DNA of 64,000 nucleotides from Batkoa obscura (Eukaryota): NCBI GenBank assembly GCA_030770535.1, contig JASVEC010000001.1, positions 2,046,001 to 2,110,000 of the forward strand, read 5' to 3'. Shown piece by piece: positions 1 to 11,066 of this stretch (position 1 is its first letter; each line of letters starts with the position of its first letter). The notes under the pieces were generated by a model. It saw only the letters and a program-made list of their open reading frames with translations, ran no database searches and was not told where the DNA came from. The position numbers and the translations under genes were made by a program.

Positions 1-1009
1 AATTCACTTTAAAAATATTTATATTATTAAAATTGGCATTACATTATTAAGAGGTAAATTTAGTGAGTGCTTGAGTTGTAGATTCCGGGATATAGATGAT
101 AATATACTATACTTAAATCTCCGCTAACTATTCCCAGAGTCAACCTTGGTTTTTTTTTAAAAAATGAATAAAAGCTTAGATAAAATAAATTACCGATCAA
201 ATGTTGGCTGTATTTCCTTTTTTTTTAAAGTATCAAATAATAATGAACACCTTTAAAATAATTATCTAAACTATTTCTTCAATAAATTATTTCTTAATCT
301 TTACCTTTCTAAACTCCATTCTTCTTTTTCATTTGCAGGTAGGATATAAAACTCTTCTGACTCTTCGCTATTTTCGCTTTTCTTAATAAATGGATAACTT
401 TAGTTTCAATATTTAAGTCTAATGTTAAGCTTTAAACCAAGGAATAATAGTTTAAAACAATAGAAAATAAATTACTTTAACTCCTTTTATTAACCCCAAA
501 TCAAAATTTTCGGTTAATTTAAAATAAGATAACGACTGCCACTGTTTGCCTATAATTAAAATAAGTTATATAATGAATAAAACTAAAGTATATTATTCCT
601 ATATTAAAACAATACCAAATTTAAGATCAAACCATACTGTTTTAAACGATGAGTAATTATTTAAATCCTCTAATTCTTTTAGTTCCTCATTATTATCCAT
701 GGTAAACATAATCAAAGTAGTTGAAAAAAAAAGCCAAAATTAAATTTAGCATCATTGAAAACATAATTTCCGTATATGGAGAAACAAAAACCTGATTGCG
801 TGAAAAAAGAAAATTGACTGATAATTTTCACAAATAAAACTTAATGTATACATTTTACAATGGGTTTATTAAAAACAACAGCATCTATACATGTTGTTAT
901 CTTAAATTTGTAAAAGCTTAGGGATTATATTAGTCATATTAAAAAAAGCTATTTATCAATTTATTATGTTGCAATTAAATTAACTTAATATTGCAAATAT
1001 TTTTATATA

Positions 1010-1171
1010 GAACTGGTTGCAGTTAAACGTCTTCATTTTTTCCTAATTTGTTATTAATTTCTTTTATAATGAACTTATTAATTATGTGGTATATAATATA
1101 ATATAATTAAATTTATAAAGAAATTAATAGAAAATTAGTAAAAAATGAAGCCACCTAACTGCAATCAGTTC
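1010..1171. mobile_element. ~160-bp fold-back element (putative MITE family 4)
   Basis: Left arm gaactggttgcagttaaacgtcttcattttttcctaatttgttattaatttcttttataa matches the reverse complement of the right arm (gaactgattgcagttaggtggcttcattttttactaattttctattaatttctttataa) over ~60 bp. No ORF. Confidence 0.6.
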
Positions 1172-1434
1172 ATACATAATACAATACAAATCAATAGTTT
1201 CCAACTTATAATCGTATAATCTTTTCTAATATATGGTAAAAACTAATAAGCTTTCAAGAAAATCTTCAGGAGAATCTATAAGAAAATCCTAAACAAAAAA
1301 TTTGTAAAATGATTCTGCTACATGGTTATCATTTTATTGTCAACAAAATATTTGGGTCTATTGCATTTACTGGGTGTAAAAAAGTAGTATTTAAAGAAGT
1401 AAATAGCAAGTTTAAAGGAGTAGTTTTTTTCACA

Positions 1435-1758
1435 ATGAATATTAAATTATTTTCTACCTTTATTGCTACTATTTTGGCTGTAGCTACTCCTGCTATGAGT
1501 GCTGTAGCTGGGCCTTTAAAACCACATAGAGGATTCGGAAAGTTTAATAGCCCATTACCAGGACACAGAAAAGTACCATTACTACTATCTCTTCCTCCAA
1601 TACCTATCTCACTTCCTGTTCCAGTCCCTAGTCTGATCCGAGGAGGTAAGAAGAAACATCCTACTACTCCAGAAGGAAATACACCACCTGCTGATGCGCC
1701 AGCTAATACTCCTGCTACTGATGCACCACTCGCTGATGCACCGCTTGCTGCCACTTAA
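1435..1758 (+). CDS. Small secreted Pro/Ala-rich peptide, type A (A1), 107 aa
   Basis: Start placed at M43 of ORF 1309..1758 by homology to the paralog N-termini (MNIKLFSTFIATILAVATPA, signal-peptide-like). Pro-rich body, ends PLAAT*. Confidence 0.75.
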   Translation: MNIKLFSTFIATILAVATPAMSAVAGPLKPHRGFGKFNSPLPGHRKVPLLLSLPPIPISLPVPVPSLIRGGKKKHPTTPEGNTPPADAPANTPATDAPLADAPLAAT

Positions 1759-1954
1759 AACTTTGGATTTAATTAAGTGTTGATTTTAAAGTTTAACATT
1801 TTATTTCTATTAGTTTTTTTAATAAATTAGAGATTTCTTTTTCAAACTACATTTATTGTCAAACTATCATGTATCATATAACTGAATTTAGTCCTATTTG
1901 AAATTGTCGTTTTTAATAATACCAAACTTCACAAATTCAAATGTTTTTTATAAA

Positions 1955-2163
1955 TCACAACATACAGGCAGCTGTGAAAAGTTATCCCTTTAAATCCTAA
2001 CGGCTGAAGGAGCAACCTTAGGCGGAACTGAAATATTTTCTCTATTTTCCAAATCTTTTAATTAAAATATCAATAGCTTTAGATGTACCTAAACCCCTAC
2101 CATTTTAGACAATTTTGTTTTAACAAAATGGTAGCAATAAAGATCAATTAAGTTAGTATATAT
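1955..2163 (-). pseudogene. Type-B secreted peptide pseudogene (B1)
   Basis: Minus strand reads ATA TAT ACT AAC TTA ATT..TTT ATT GCT ACC ATT (cf. MNTKLIALFIATI), then IV*NGRGLGTSKAIDILIKRFGK* (cf. IVQDGDALVVSKALDAVIKGFAKH and SKPIDILIKK). Lesions: ATG>ATA, CAA>TAA, indels. 3' end approximate. Confidence 0.7.
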
Positions 2164-2287
2164 CCTTGATTGGCTCAATAGAGAGCAATTAAAAGACAGA
2201 AACGATTGGTTGGTATGTTAGAAATACTTATTTTATTTCATCAATTTAGTACATTTATACTCTTTTAGTCTGATATTTAATTATCTT

Positions 2288-2543
2288 AGCATTTCCCAAA
2301 ATGGTCGAATTAACAAAAAAATTAAAAATTGAGTTAAAAAATCAAATATATTTAAGATCAAATATACACTAACTAAAGGTAAATTAAAGAACATAATTCA
2401 GATTTTAAGTCATAGATACTACGATAATACTAACTATTATTTTAAATGAACAGTTAGTTAGTGCACATTTAAGCTTAAAATATATTTAGTTTTTCAACTC
2501 AATTTTTGATTTTTTTGTTAATTCGACCATTTTGGAAAATACT
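2288..2543. mobile_element. ~255-bp fold-back element with ~85-bp imperfect TIRs (putative MITE family 3)
   Basis: ccaaaatggtcgaattaacaaaaaaattaaaaattgagtt...cactaacta is mirrored by tagttagtgcac...aactcaatttttgattttttgttaattcgaccattttgg. Confidence 0.7.
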
Positions 2544-2544
2544 T

Positions 2545-2651
2545 TACGGGAGTGTTTTTTTTTTTGCTTCACCACTTTTTCCATCTTTTAAGCGCTATTT
2601 GAGCGGAAAAATTAGTAGTAAAATTCTTAAATACAAAAATATGTCTCCATA
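2545..2651 (+). mobile_element. MITE-1 copy 1
   Basis: Matches the ~105-bp consensus TATGGGGATGTTTTTTTTGG..AAGCGCTATTTGAGCGGAAAAATTGTTAGTAAAATTCTTAAACAAAAAAATACATCCCCATA. Abuts the MITE-3 TIR. Confidence 0.85.
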
Positions 2652-3168
2652 TTCTAATTTTATTTTTAATAGGCATTTTTCTTAAATATATGCCTAAGTT
2701 AGTGTTTATTTAATAAATTTTAAAAACGCTTCCCACTTTTACTTATTATTGTAGGTTTAATATTGTATCAATATCTTACATTTTGCCCTACTATGTAATA
2801 TTCCACACCTTTTTGCTTGAATAGACTATTGTACATAAACATAGTGACTAATGCCCTCTCAAGGTTATGAAATTAAAAATAATAGGATTTTTATACAGCG
2901 AATCGTGTTAATAAAGCTAATAATTTAGAGGAATATTCCAAATCTATCTAGTAAAAATATAGGTCAGACTTGTTTCTAAATAAGTTGGAATATAGTGGAT
3001 AAAAAGCATCATAAATTTTAATTGAGATTAGAAACTAAATTCTAAAGGAAAAATAATCGTGTAATAAATGATTAAAACAATTAGTTTAAAATTAATTTAA
3101 AGCTAATAATTTCTAGGAATTTATAAAGCATTTAGCAGCTTTTTCTAATTTATAGTAAAATTTAATTA

Positions 3169-3705
3169 CACCTTTTATCAAAATGTTTGGTGTGTTACAT
3201 ATTTTAACAAGTATAATTTTTACGTTTACTTTTGACAGATCAAGTTTTGGTCTAATTCGCAGATAAATGTTGGTATCACATGGCAGGTTACTATTGAAAA
3301 AAAAAGAGTAACTTTTTTCAATAAAATAAGCATATTTTTAAATTGTTTTTATTTATACAATTAAGAAATTATAATATATTGCTAAAAATCTGTTGAAAAA
3401 ACAACCTTCAAATAACAAAACACTTACTAATAAGCTATTCAAAGCTTTTAAAATCACTCTCATTAGAGCTACGTAAGATTTTTATTATCATTCCGCTTTG
3501 AAATTCCATGACTGATTGAAAAAGTATTTGATAATGCTTGGCACAGTATGCCAATTTTTTTAAGACTGCTATTATTTTCACTAATAATCTGCCATTTGGT
3601 GCCAAAATTTACCTACCACTCAGTATCAAACTTAATTTGCCAAAAGTGAACGTAAAAATATGTCTGTAAAAATATGCAACATCCCAAACGTTTCGATAAA
3701 AAGTG
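3169..3705 (+). mobile_element. MITE-2 copy A, ~540 bp, long imperfect TIRs
   Basis: TA|CACCTTTTATCAAAATGTTTGG ... CCAAACGTTTCGATAAAAAGTG. An inverted homologous copy lies at 33612-34234. Confidence 0.8.
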
Positions 3706-3847
3706 TGTTATTAGAAAACCTTGAAGGAAATCAGTAGTGAAAATTAAAAACGAAAATTGTTATAAAGTGATCACAGATAATAACTATCATACAGCTACCA
3801 ATAAAGATCTTAGATGTATTATACCTCTAAGGTATAGAAAAAGACTA

Positions 3848-3951
3848 TATGGGGGTATTTTTTTGGCTTCATTATTTTTTCTATTTTTTAAGCGCTATTT
3901 GAGCAGAAAGATTGTTAGTAAAATTCTTAAACAAAAAAATACTTCCCCATA
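3848..3951 (+). mobile_element. MITE-1 copy 2
   Basis: Consensus match, TATGGGG...CCCCATA. Ends 43 bp upstream of the A2 ATG. Confidence 0.9.
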
Positions 3952-3994
3952 TAAGCAATGAAAAAATTATCTTTAATGATTACAATTCCTTGCA

Positions 3995-4177
3995 ATGAAT
4001 AATAACTTATTTATTCTTTTTATTATCACCATTATTGTAGTACCGGTTGCTCCTATTGGTGGTTCGATTAGACCATTTACATTACCTCCACCTCTACCTC
4101 TACCACCAAAACTTTTATAGGGTGGAAAAAGCTGATGCTACTAAAGTAAATGTTAATAATTTACTCTTGCTACTTAA
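3995..4177 (+). pseudogene. Type-A secreted peptide, truncated or pseudogene (A2)
   Basis: MNNNLFILFIITIIVVPVAPIGGSIRPFTLPPPLPLPPKLL* (stop 4118-4120). GGK follows, then after further stops CTT GCT ACT TAA (LAT*), matching A1 LIRGGK...PLAAT*. Confidence 0.65.
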
Positions 4178-4418
4178 ACATTAAAATCTATTGGGATGTT
4201 GAATATTGAAAGAACTTTGACTTTCTACGTCTATTAAATTTTCATCGAAGAATTATCAAATAATAATTTTTTACTATATTAATTTTGATTTATTACTTAT
4301 TATATAAATGAATTGGGAATACATTTGAAATCACTATTTTTAGTAAATATGTAAAATTCATTTAGGTTTAAACGCTTATTATAGATTATAATATATAGGG
4401 TATTAATAATTTAATACA

Positions 4419-4625
4419 TCAAATTTTAGCGGCTGGAGGAGCAGCAACTGGAGGGGTAACTCCTAATGGGTTAGCTGGGAGTGCAGGGACTGCGTCTTTG
4501 TGTTTCGCAAACCCTTTGATTACAGCGTCAAGAGCCTTAGAAACAACTAAAGCATCACCATCTTGGACAATGGCTGGTGTAGCAAAGATAGTAGCAATAA
4601 AGAGAGCAATTAATTTAGTGTTCAT
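4419..4625 (-). CDS. Small secreted peptide, type B (B2), 68 aa
   Basis: Signal-like MNTKLIALFIATIFATPA, amphipathic-looking VSKALDAVIKGFAKHK, Pro/Ala tail. Close paralog of 30436..30684. Confidence 0.8.
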   Translation of the reverse strand: MNTKLIALFIATIFATPAIVQDGDALVVSKALDAVIKGFAKHKDAVPALPANPLGVTPPVAAPPAAKI

Positions 4626-4642
4626 TCTTAGTTTGTTTAATA

Positions 4643-4747
4643 TATGAGGATGTTTTTTTTGGTTTCATTATTTTTTCCATTTTTTGAGCGCTATTTGAGC
4701 GGAAAGATTGTTAGTAAAATTCTTAAACAAAAAAATACATCCCCATA
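4643..4747 (+). mobile_element. MITE-1 copy 3, in the 5' leader of B2
   Basis: Consensus match, 17 bp from the B2 ATG. The paralogous leader of B3 lacks it. Confidence 0.9.
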
Positions 4748-4832
4748 TAGTAATTAATAAATAGTATTTTTTGTTTCATAATTTGGAATAACTGTTTTAT
4801 CGACATTATATATTCGATATTTGATATTCTTC

Positions 4833-4880
4833 ATTACACCAACTTAATGGCGTTGTACCCTTATTTCATAGCTTTAACCC
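4833..4880 (-). promoter_or_regulatory. Conserved type-B upstream block (B2 copy)
   Basis: Reverse complement gggttaaagctatgaaataagggtacaacgccattaagttggtgtaatg is homologous to 30283-30330 and 31533-31575. Confidence 0.55.
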
Positions 4881-5419
4881 TATAGTATCCTCCAATATCA
4901 ATTATTATATATTATTTTAACTGATTCTGAAATATGAGTATAATTTGCCTTCATTTCTAGACAGATATTATTTCATTCATTCATTCATTCATTCATTTAT
5001 TAGTAGCTTATTGTTTATTAAGCTATAGGAAGTAACTTTACTCTGTTACTTATCTTCAGTTATGAATACAATCAGCTATAATTTTAAATTTTTTGATTAT
5101 GTTATATCGTTGCTGAGATGATTATTTCATATATATAACATAGTTAACTATTTTTTTAATTTGTAGTTTTTTTTAAAAGTTAGTGTCAATGAGATAATTT
5201 CCTTTTTTTAGCTAATTGATCTTAATAAAAGCTAGGTTTGCTTTTTTTGCTACAACATTAAAAAAAGTTAACTTTATCTAGAATCTATAATAACTGAAGC
5301 GGCTGCTTTAAAAGTAACTGTAATCGGTGATTTTTTATATTAAAATAAAGCGCTGTAATCAATAAACTTCGAGAAAGTATATATATCCTTGAAGGATAGG
5401 CTATAATCTTATAATCAAA

Positions 5420-5572
5420 ATGAATAAAGTGATTGTTTTTTTATTAAGTTTTGTAGCACTGTCATCATCCCGACCACATGAAGATCTTGATAAAGTTAAA
5501 CAGATTACAAAAGGAATTAGTCTCGAATATCTTCATGGGAATGGACTCGGCCGAATATTGGACTCCCCTTAA
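5420..5572 (+). CDS. 50-aa putative secreted peptide (not in the ORF track)
   Basis: MNKVIVFLLSFVALSSS-RPHEDLDKVKQITKGISLEYLHGNGLGRILDSP*. AAAATG start context, TATATATA ~40 bp upstream, AATAAA downstream, GC higher than the flanks. Confidence 0.6.
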   Translation: MNKVIVFLLSFVALSSSRPHEDLDKVKQITKGISLEYLHGNGLGRILDSP

Positions 5573-6066
5573 CTTATCCTTATTATAATTAATAAATCAC
5601 TATATTAATATTTATCAATTTTAATAAATGTCAACAACAATAGCTTTATAAATTATTGCTAAAGATGTTGATTAATGTAATAGAATTTGGAATAAGATCA
5701 TAAATAATGATATAACTTATATAGGTAACATAAAAGCAAAGAAGAATATAAATAATAAACTGGTTTTATAATATACTTATATAATATAATCACTATAATT
5801 ATAATATAAAAAATATAAGTAAGCCAAGGTTGATAAATTAATTAGCTGATAAATTAAAATTAAAGATTCAATTACAAATGACTTCAATACCAACTTTTGA
5901 TTTAATAATTGGATTGATTTGGCTTGTTTGATTATGATAAATGAAATAATGAAATTGTTGGTTTAGAAAAACCGTAACGACAATACCAAAGCTATATAAA
6001 TACACTTTAAATCAAAACTAAACTTTAAAAATCTTCTTTTATTAATAGATTGTGATTTTAACACAA

Positions 6067-6702
6067 ATGATTTTAAACTTTATCTTACTCACTGTTCCAT
6101 TCTTACAATATTGTATCACCCAAGAGTTTCCAAATAATGGTGGTGGTGGTGGTGGCTCCAACCTTGGGAATCCTATGCCAATTGGACCAAATTTAGGCCA
6201 AAGTCAATTAAGCCCCAATTCTGGCCCACAAAACCCAAATGGAAACCCAAATGGGAACCCAAATGGTGGTGGTATGGGTGATATTATGAATATCTTTCCA
6301 AGTTCCATTGGAGACACATTAAATAATGCAATTAAGTCCCAACAAGAACAACAAGCGAAAGATAAAGCAAGTCCTACCGCCGCTACTAATGGTGACCCAA
6401 ATTCTAATGACCAGCAGCAACAACAACAACCTCAACAAACGCCAGCACCTAGCCCAACTGGAATGAGAGGAACTTTAGATTTACCAAATAGTAAAGATAA
6501 CCCAAACAACGCAAAGTAAGTGTTCTTTAAAATCTTTAAGTATGTAACTTATAATTTTAGCGTTAAAAGCTCATTAAGTTCAAACAGTAGCAAAAAGACT
6601 ACGCCAACTGGTAATGACTCTAAGCCAACTAGTTCTTCCACTAAGGCTATCGTAGATTCTAAATACTGTTTAATGTTACTTTTAATTGTATTATTAAAAT
6701 AA
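6067..6702 (+). CDS. Putative GPI-anchored low-complexity (G/N/P/Q/S/T) surface protein, 2 exons (6067-6515, 6561-6702)
   Basis: N-terminal signal peptide. Intron GTAAGT..TTTAG (6516-6560) joins the two ORFs in frame. S/T stalk and hydrophobic C-terminal tail CLMLLLIVLLK. Confidence 0.75.
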
Positions 6703-6755
6703 ATGTAAAATAGCTGTATTAAAGTATCATATATACTATACTCAGTATAATTGTA

Positions 6756-6818
6756 TTATTTTATTTTATTTTATTTTATTTTATTTTATTTTATTTTATT
6801 TTATTTTATTTTATTTTA
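6756..6818. repeat. (TTATT)n microsatellite
   Basis: About 12 tandem units, read directly. Confidence 0.95.
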
Positions 6819-7415
6819 ATGAATACTACGTCTTTTAGTACTGCTACACGATTAAAATAAGCTCTGGCTTTACTTTATATATCTAAATGCCAATTAATAT
6901 TAAAAAACATGCGCAATTTATACTTTAAGTATTAAACCTCATCAAGTTGTCTAACTTAAGTTACATATGTTTTATTGTGGCAAATAAGAGAATAAATATT
7001 AGCTTTAGTGAGAACTAAAGTACAATTTTAAACCAACTATTTATTAAAAGCTATATTTATTGGTTTCTACAGGTTAAAAAGGTGGAGAAAGCAAAAATAG
7101 GGTATTTAGAACATAACAAAGAAATCTAATTGATAATGGAAACTGGTTATGTTTGAAAAATGTGACTATAAATTAATACATAGGGTATTGATAGGCTTAC
7201 AAAAAAAGAGGCAAAAAATAGTCTATTTTAAAAGGCTTAGAATAAGGGATAATAAAGTTATAATAAACAAAGAGTATTTATTGTAAAAAAACAAAACTGA
7301 TTGTAATTATAAGAAGAATCAACAGAGTCTAAAGATAAAAATGAAAATTTCATACTGGGAAAGTATTACTATTAAAAAAAATGATTACTTGCTTTATATA
7401 AAAGATTAATTAATA

Positions 7416-7518
7416 AATGGGGATGTTTTTTTGGTTTCATCACTTTTTCCATTTTTTAAGCACTATTTAGGTGGAAAGATTGTTAGTAAAACTCTTAAAC
7501 AAAAAACACATTCCCAAA
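7416..7518 (+). mobile_element. MITE-1 copy 4 (AATG...CAAATG end variant)
   Basis: Internal match to consensus; lacks the TA termini. Confidence 0.85.
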
Positions 7519-8234
7519 TGTAAAAGCTTGTAAGCTATTTGAAGAATTTAAGTGATAAAGTAAAGAGTTTTATGCTAATAAGATATGTTTTTTATAAAGC
7601 ACCATAAGTAGTAATTGGAGCTATTCAAAAAACACTTCTTAAAATTTGATATATTAATAGTATTATATATCAACTATATCTTGAAGTTAATATAATATAA
7701 CAAATACACTAAACTTTATTGAATCATAGTTGATTTAACTTGAATCTTTTGTAATTGGTTTGAATGAATATAAGAAAACTATCTTTGTAAAAGCTAAGCT
7801 TTATGTATACTATCATTTATAGGAGTACATATATTATAAATTGCATTTAAATCGTATTAATAATTTAACTAGCTAAAGGCAATGGATTATTAAACTAAAC
7901 TAATTGGCTAGCTAAGTTCCTATTACGCGATAGAAGAATCTTGTTAGAATTTAGCGTGTTTTTTTTTCAATTTCAAATTGAGTTTTGATTAAAATTTAAA
8001 TTTAATGTTTCTATTTAATTGGCTATTCCTAATTGATGATGAAAGCCAATTGAATAAAGCAGAATACTAAAGCTATATGCCCAATCCTTGACACTATTCA
8101 TTGGTATTATTGGTCTATAAGATGATTGAGTACTATTATTGGATAATGATTTAGAAAACTAATATTAATGACTATGATTTTTATTTTTTATTTTTTTTAA
8201 ATTGGATCCAAAGAAATATTGCTTACCTTAGGCA

Positions 8235-9568
8235 ATGTCAAAATTATCAATTGAAGTAAAGGAAAACTCTGACAAAAGAGCCCCATTTAAGCATATGAGT
8301 ATCTCAAAGCCATCTTTCATCATTGAGGGTTCCATCGAAGATCCAGTGTTTATTGGCCGACATGAAAAGTGTACTTATCAAATTAGTAAAGATTCCAAAA
8401 GGATTTCAAGAAACCATTGCATCATCCGCTATGACAAAACAACTAATAAGTTTTTAATGAAAGTTATGGGTGCCAACGGTATAAAGTATCATGGTAAAAT
8501 GCATCAGAAGAATGATATAATTCAATTAAGTGATGAAAGTATGATTGATTGTGTAGGTATTAAGCTATTGTTTAAAGAACCAAAGATGGAAATTGAAGAA
8601 ACAATATTACCAATATTTTCCCCATCCTCTCAATCTGAACTTTCAGATTCTAACGTAATCGATGATGCTTTAACTACTGTAACCAAAGTAAAAAGAAATT
8701 TTTCTGTAGATTCTTGTGATAACATAAGTGTAGGTAAAGAAGTAATGGAAGTTAAAAAAAATGAGGTGAAAACCAGTTTATTTAAAGAATCTGAAAGCAT
8801 TCTTACTCCTTTATCACAGCCTCAAAAGAATAAAACCAATCGAGCTTTAGCAATGTCCCCTACTATGAATGCCTTTAAAGATAGAGCTGAAAATAAGTCA
8901 ACTGCTGATATTATTGGTAATCCATCTATTTATTATTTAAGTCTATTTCAAACTATTTACCTATAGATGATGTTAACACAGTAGAGAAAATGCGTAAAAG
9001 AATATATCAAAGTTCACCACTTTTCAAATCTGAACCAAAGAGCGCATTTAAAAAGACACATTCAAAAAGCGATAGTTTAGATAGTCATCCAGAAAAAATA
9101 ATGAAAAAATCAGAGCATAAAAAGACACCATCGACTGGTGATGTACTAAATAATACAAGAATGATTACACAAGCTACATGTACAAAAGATGATGAGCTTT
9201 TGATTGATTTAATCTTACAAACCTTTGCAGAGATGGATAAACGAACTCCAGTATCTTTATCACAACTTCATTCTGAGCTTTCTAGAGTATACCCTGAAAC
9301 TTTTACTCAAGATTTCCTCAAAGAAAGATTAGACACTTTCCCAATGTTTACTGAAGTACCTCATACTGGACCAATACCTTCCTACGTTAAGGATGAAGCC
9401 GCGTATTATTATTATTTACCAAGCAAAGATTGGAATCAAAATCGTAGAATAGAAATCGGTACTTTAATTCGTAAACCTAGAGGCTGCACATTATCTTCTA
9501 AACAATATTATTTTAAGCCACCACCTAAACTTCCTAAATATCATCAAACTAAGAGCCGTAAAAGTTAA
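8235..9568 (+). CDS. TOS4: FHA-domain protein, Tos4/Plm2-like, 2 exons (8235-8916, 8967-9568)
   Basis: FHA motifs IGR..ISRNH..GANG. C-terminal YYYY..D...RR...PRGC...KQYYFKPP resembles the Tos4 C-terminus. In-frame GT-AG intron at 8917-8966. Confidence 0.75.
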
Positions 9569-10069
9569 CTTGATATCCCATAAGCACTTATTACTTAATT
9601 ATACTTAAAATCGCTTTTTATTTTTGTGTTTTACTTATCTTTATTAAGTTTAGGTTTATTTAGCTTTTCATTTTATAATAAATTTTTGTATTTATAATTT
9701 ATTGTCAACTATCATACTATGTTATGCCAAACCAATAGCAAATAATTCAAATACAATTTTTTTAACTTATTTTAATAGTTAAAAATTATATTTCAATTTT
9801 ATTTTATTGATAAAGAATGTTTTAGATGTTAAATAAATTTTAGTTTGAAACACTTTTAAGCAACCTAATAACTAAAAATCCAAGTTTAATTTTCAAAGGT
9901 TGTGTGAATAATTGTTTGACTAAAGTGAAAACAATTATTAGAATACTAATTAAACAAACAAAGTTAAAAAAAATTCTTTTAAATAATAAGGGATGGGGGT
10001 CCAAGGATCAAAAAGAGATTATAAAATAAGAACTATTAAACGAAGCAAAAATAAACTATTAAATAAATA

Positions 10070-11005
10070 ATGACTAGCTTAGATATTGGTCCAAGGGATG
10101 TATCGATGAGCAAAAAGAAGAGTTATGAGAGGGAACGCGGGTTCCAAAGACCACGTAGTAATTCTTTAGTACTAACATCTTTACCAAATAAAAAGATGGG
10201 ACTAGTTAATCTAAATACCAATAACAAGAATATCAATGAACCTGAAGATTTACTATTACTAGATTTATTATTTAAGTCGATAAGCGATAAAAACTATCAA
10301 ACTATTGACTTTTTGTTGAAAAATTTAAATAATAAACAATATTTAATCAACTCTAGTTATAAAGAATGGGACCAAAGCGAAGTTAAAGCAATGAAAAAGA
10401 TGGGGCCTATGACATTGTTAGCTAAAGCTTGTTATTTAAATGACCTTGGTATAGTTATCCTCTTAAAATCTCGTGGAGCAGACTTAAACTTATTTAATGG
10501 ATTGGCTTTGAGAGTAGCTGTGGACCAAAGGAATTTAGAAATCGTACAATATCTTATTTCCAATGGGATACTATTGCCAAAATTAAACCCAGAGCAGTTC
10601 CAGCATCCATTAACGCTTGCTGTTAAAGAAGGGGATTTGGAGATGATGAATTTATTATTATTAACACCAATTAATAATAAGGAGTGTATTGATAAAACAA
10701 TCTTTGATCATTTATTATTTAATGCTTGTAAAGAGGGACATTATAATATTGTATTAATTGTATTAGAAAAATACCAACAGTTTAATTTCAAGTTAGACTT
10801 TAATCCAAAATTTAAGCCCCTTTATTTAGCTATGGAAAATGGCCATTATCAAATTGTTCGCCTTTTGTTGGATAAAATATTTGATCCAATTTCCTCCCCG
10901 CTATCTTCTTCCCCCTCTTTATCTCCTATTTCTGAAGTAATACAACTTGATGTTGACTTAAAGGAAAAATTAATAGGACCTATAGAGTTCAAATTACCTG
11001 CTTAA
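10070..11005 (+). CDS. Ankyrin-repeat protein
   Basis: Repeated L..A...G..EIV.LLL motifs (PLTLAVKEGDLEMMNLLL, PLYLAMENGHYQIVRLLL). Confidence 0.85.
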   Translation: MTSLDIGPRDVSMSKKKSYERERGFQRPRSNSLVLTSLPNKKMGLVNLNTNNKNINEPEDLLLLDLLFKSISDKNYQTIDFLLKNLNNKQYLINSSYKEWDQSEVKAMKKMGPMTLLAKACYLNDLGIVILLKSRGADLNLFNGLALRVAVDQRNLEIVQYLISNGILLPKLNPEQFQHPLTLAVKEGDLEMMNLLLLTPINNKECIDKTIFDHLLFNACKEGHYNIVLIVLEKYQQFNFKLDFNPKFKPLYLAMENGHYQIVRLLLDKIFDPISSPLSSSPSLSPISEVIQLDVDLKEKLIGPIEFKLPA

Positions 11006-11066
11006 ATAATAATTTTAATCTTAATCTTTTATATATATTATAAATAAAATTAGTTAGATTGTAAGT

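Noticed and set aside
1309..1434. N-terminal 42 codons of ORF 1309..1758
   Set aside because: This stretch is homologous to the noncoding upstream region of A3; the family start is the ATG at 1435.
1329..1754. 141-aa antisense ORF
   Set aside because: Shadow of the GC-richer Pro/Ala codons of A1.
3737..3961. ORFs 3737..3961, 21611..21796, 32099..32410 and 33862..34050, which look like a protein family
   Set aside because: Their shared sequence is translated MITE-1.
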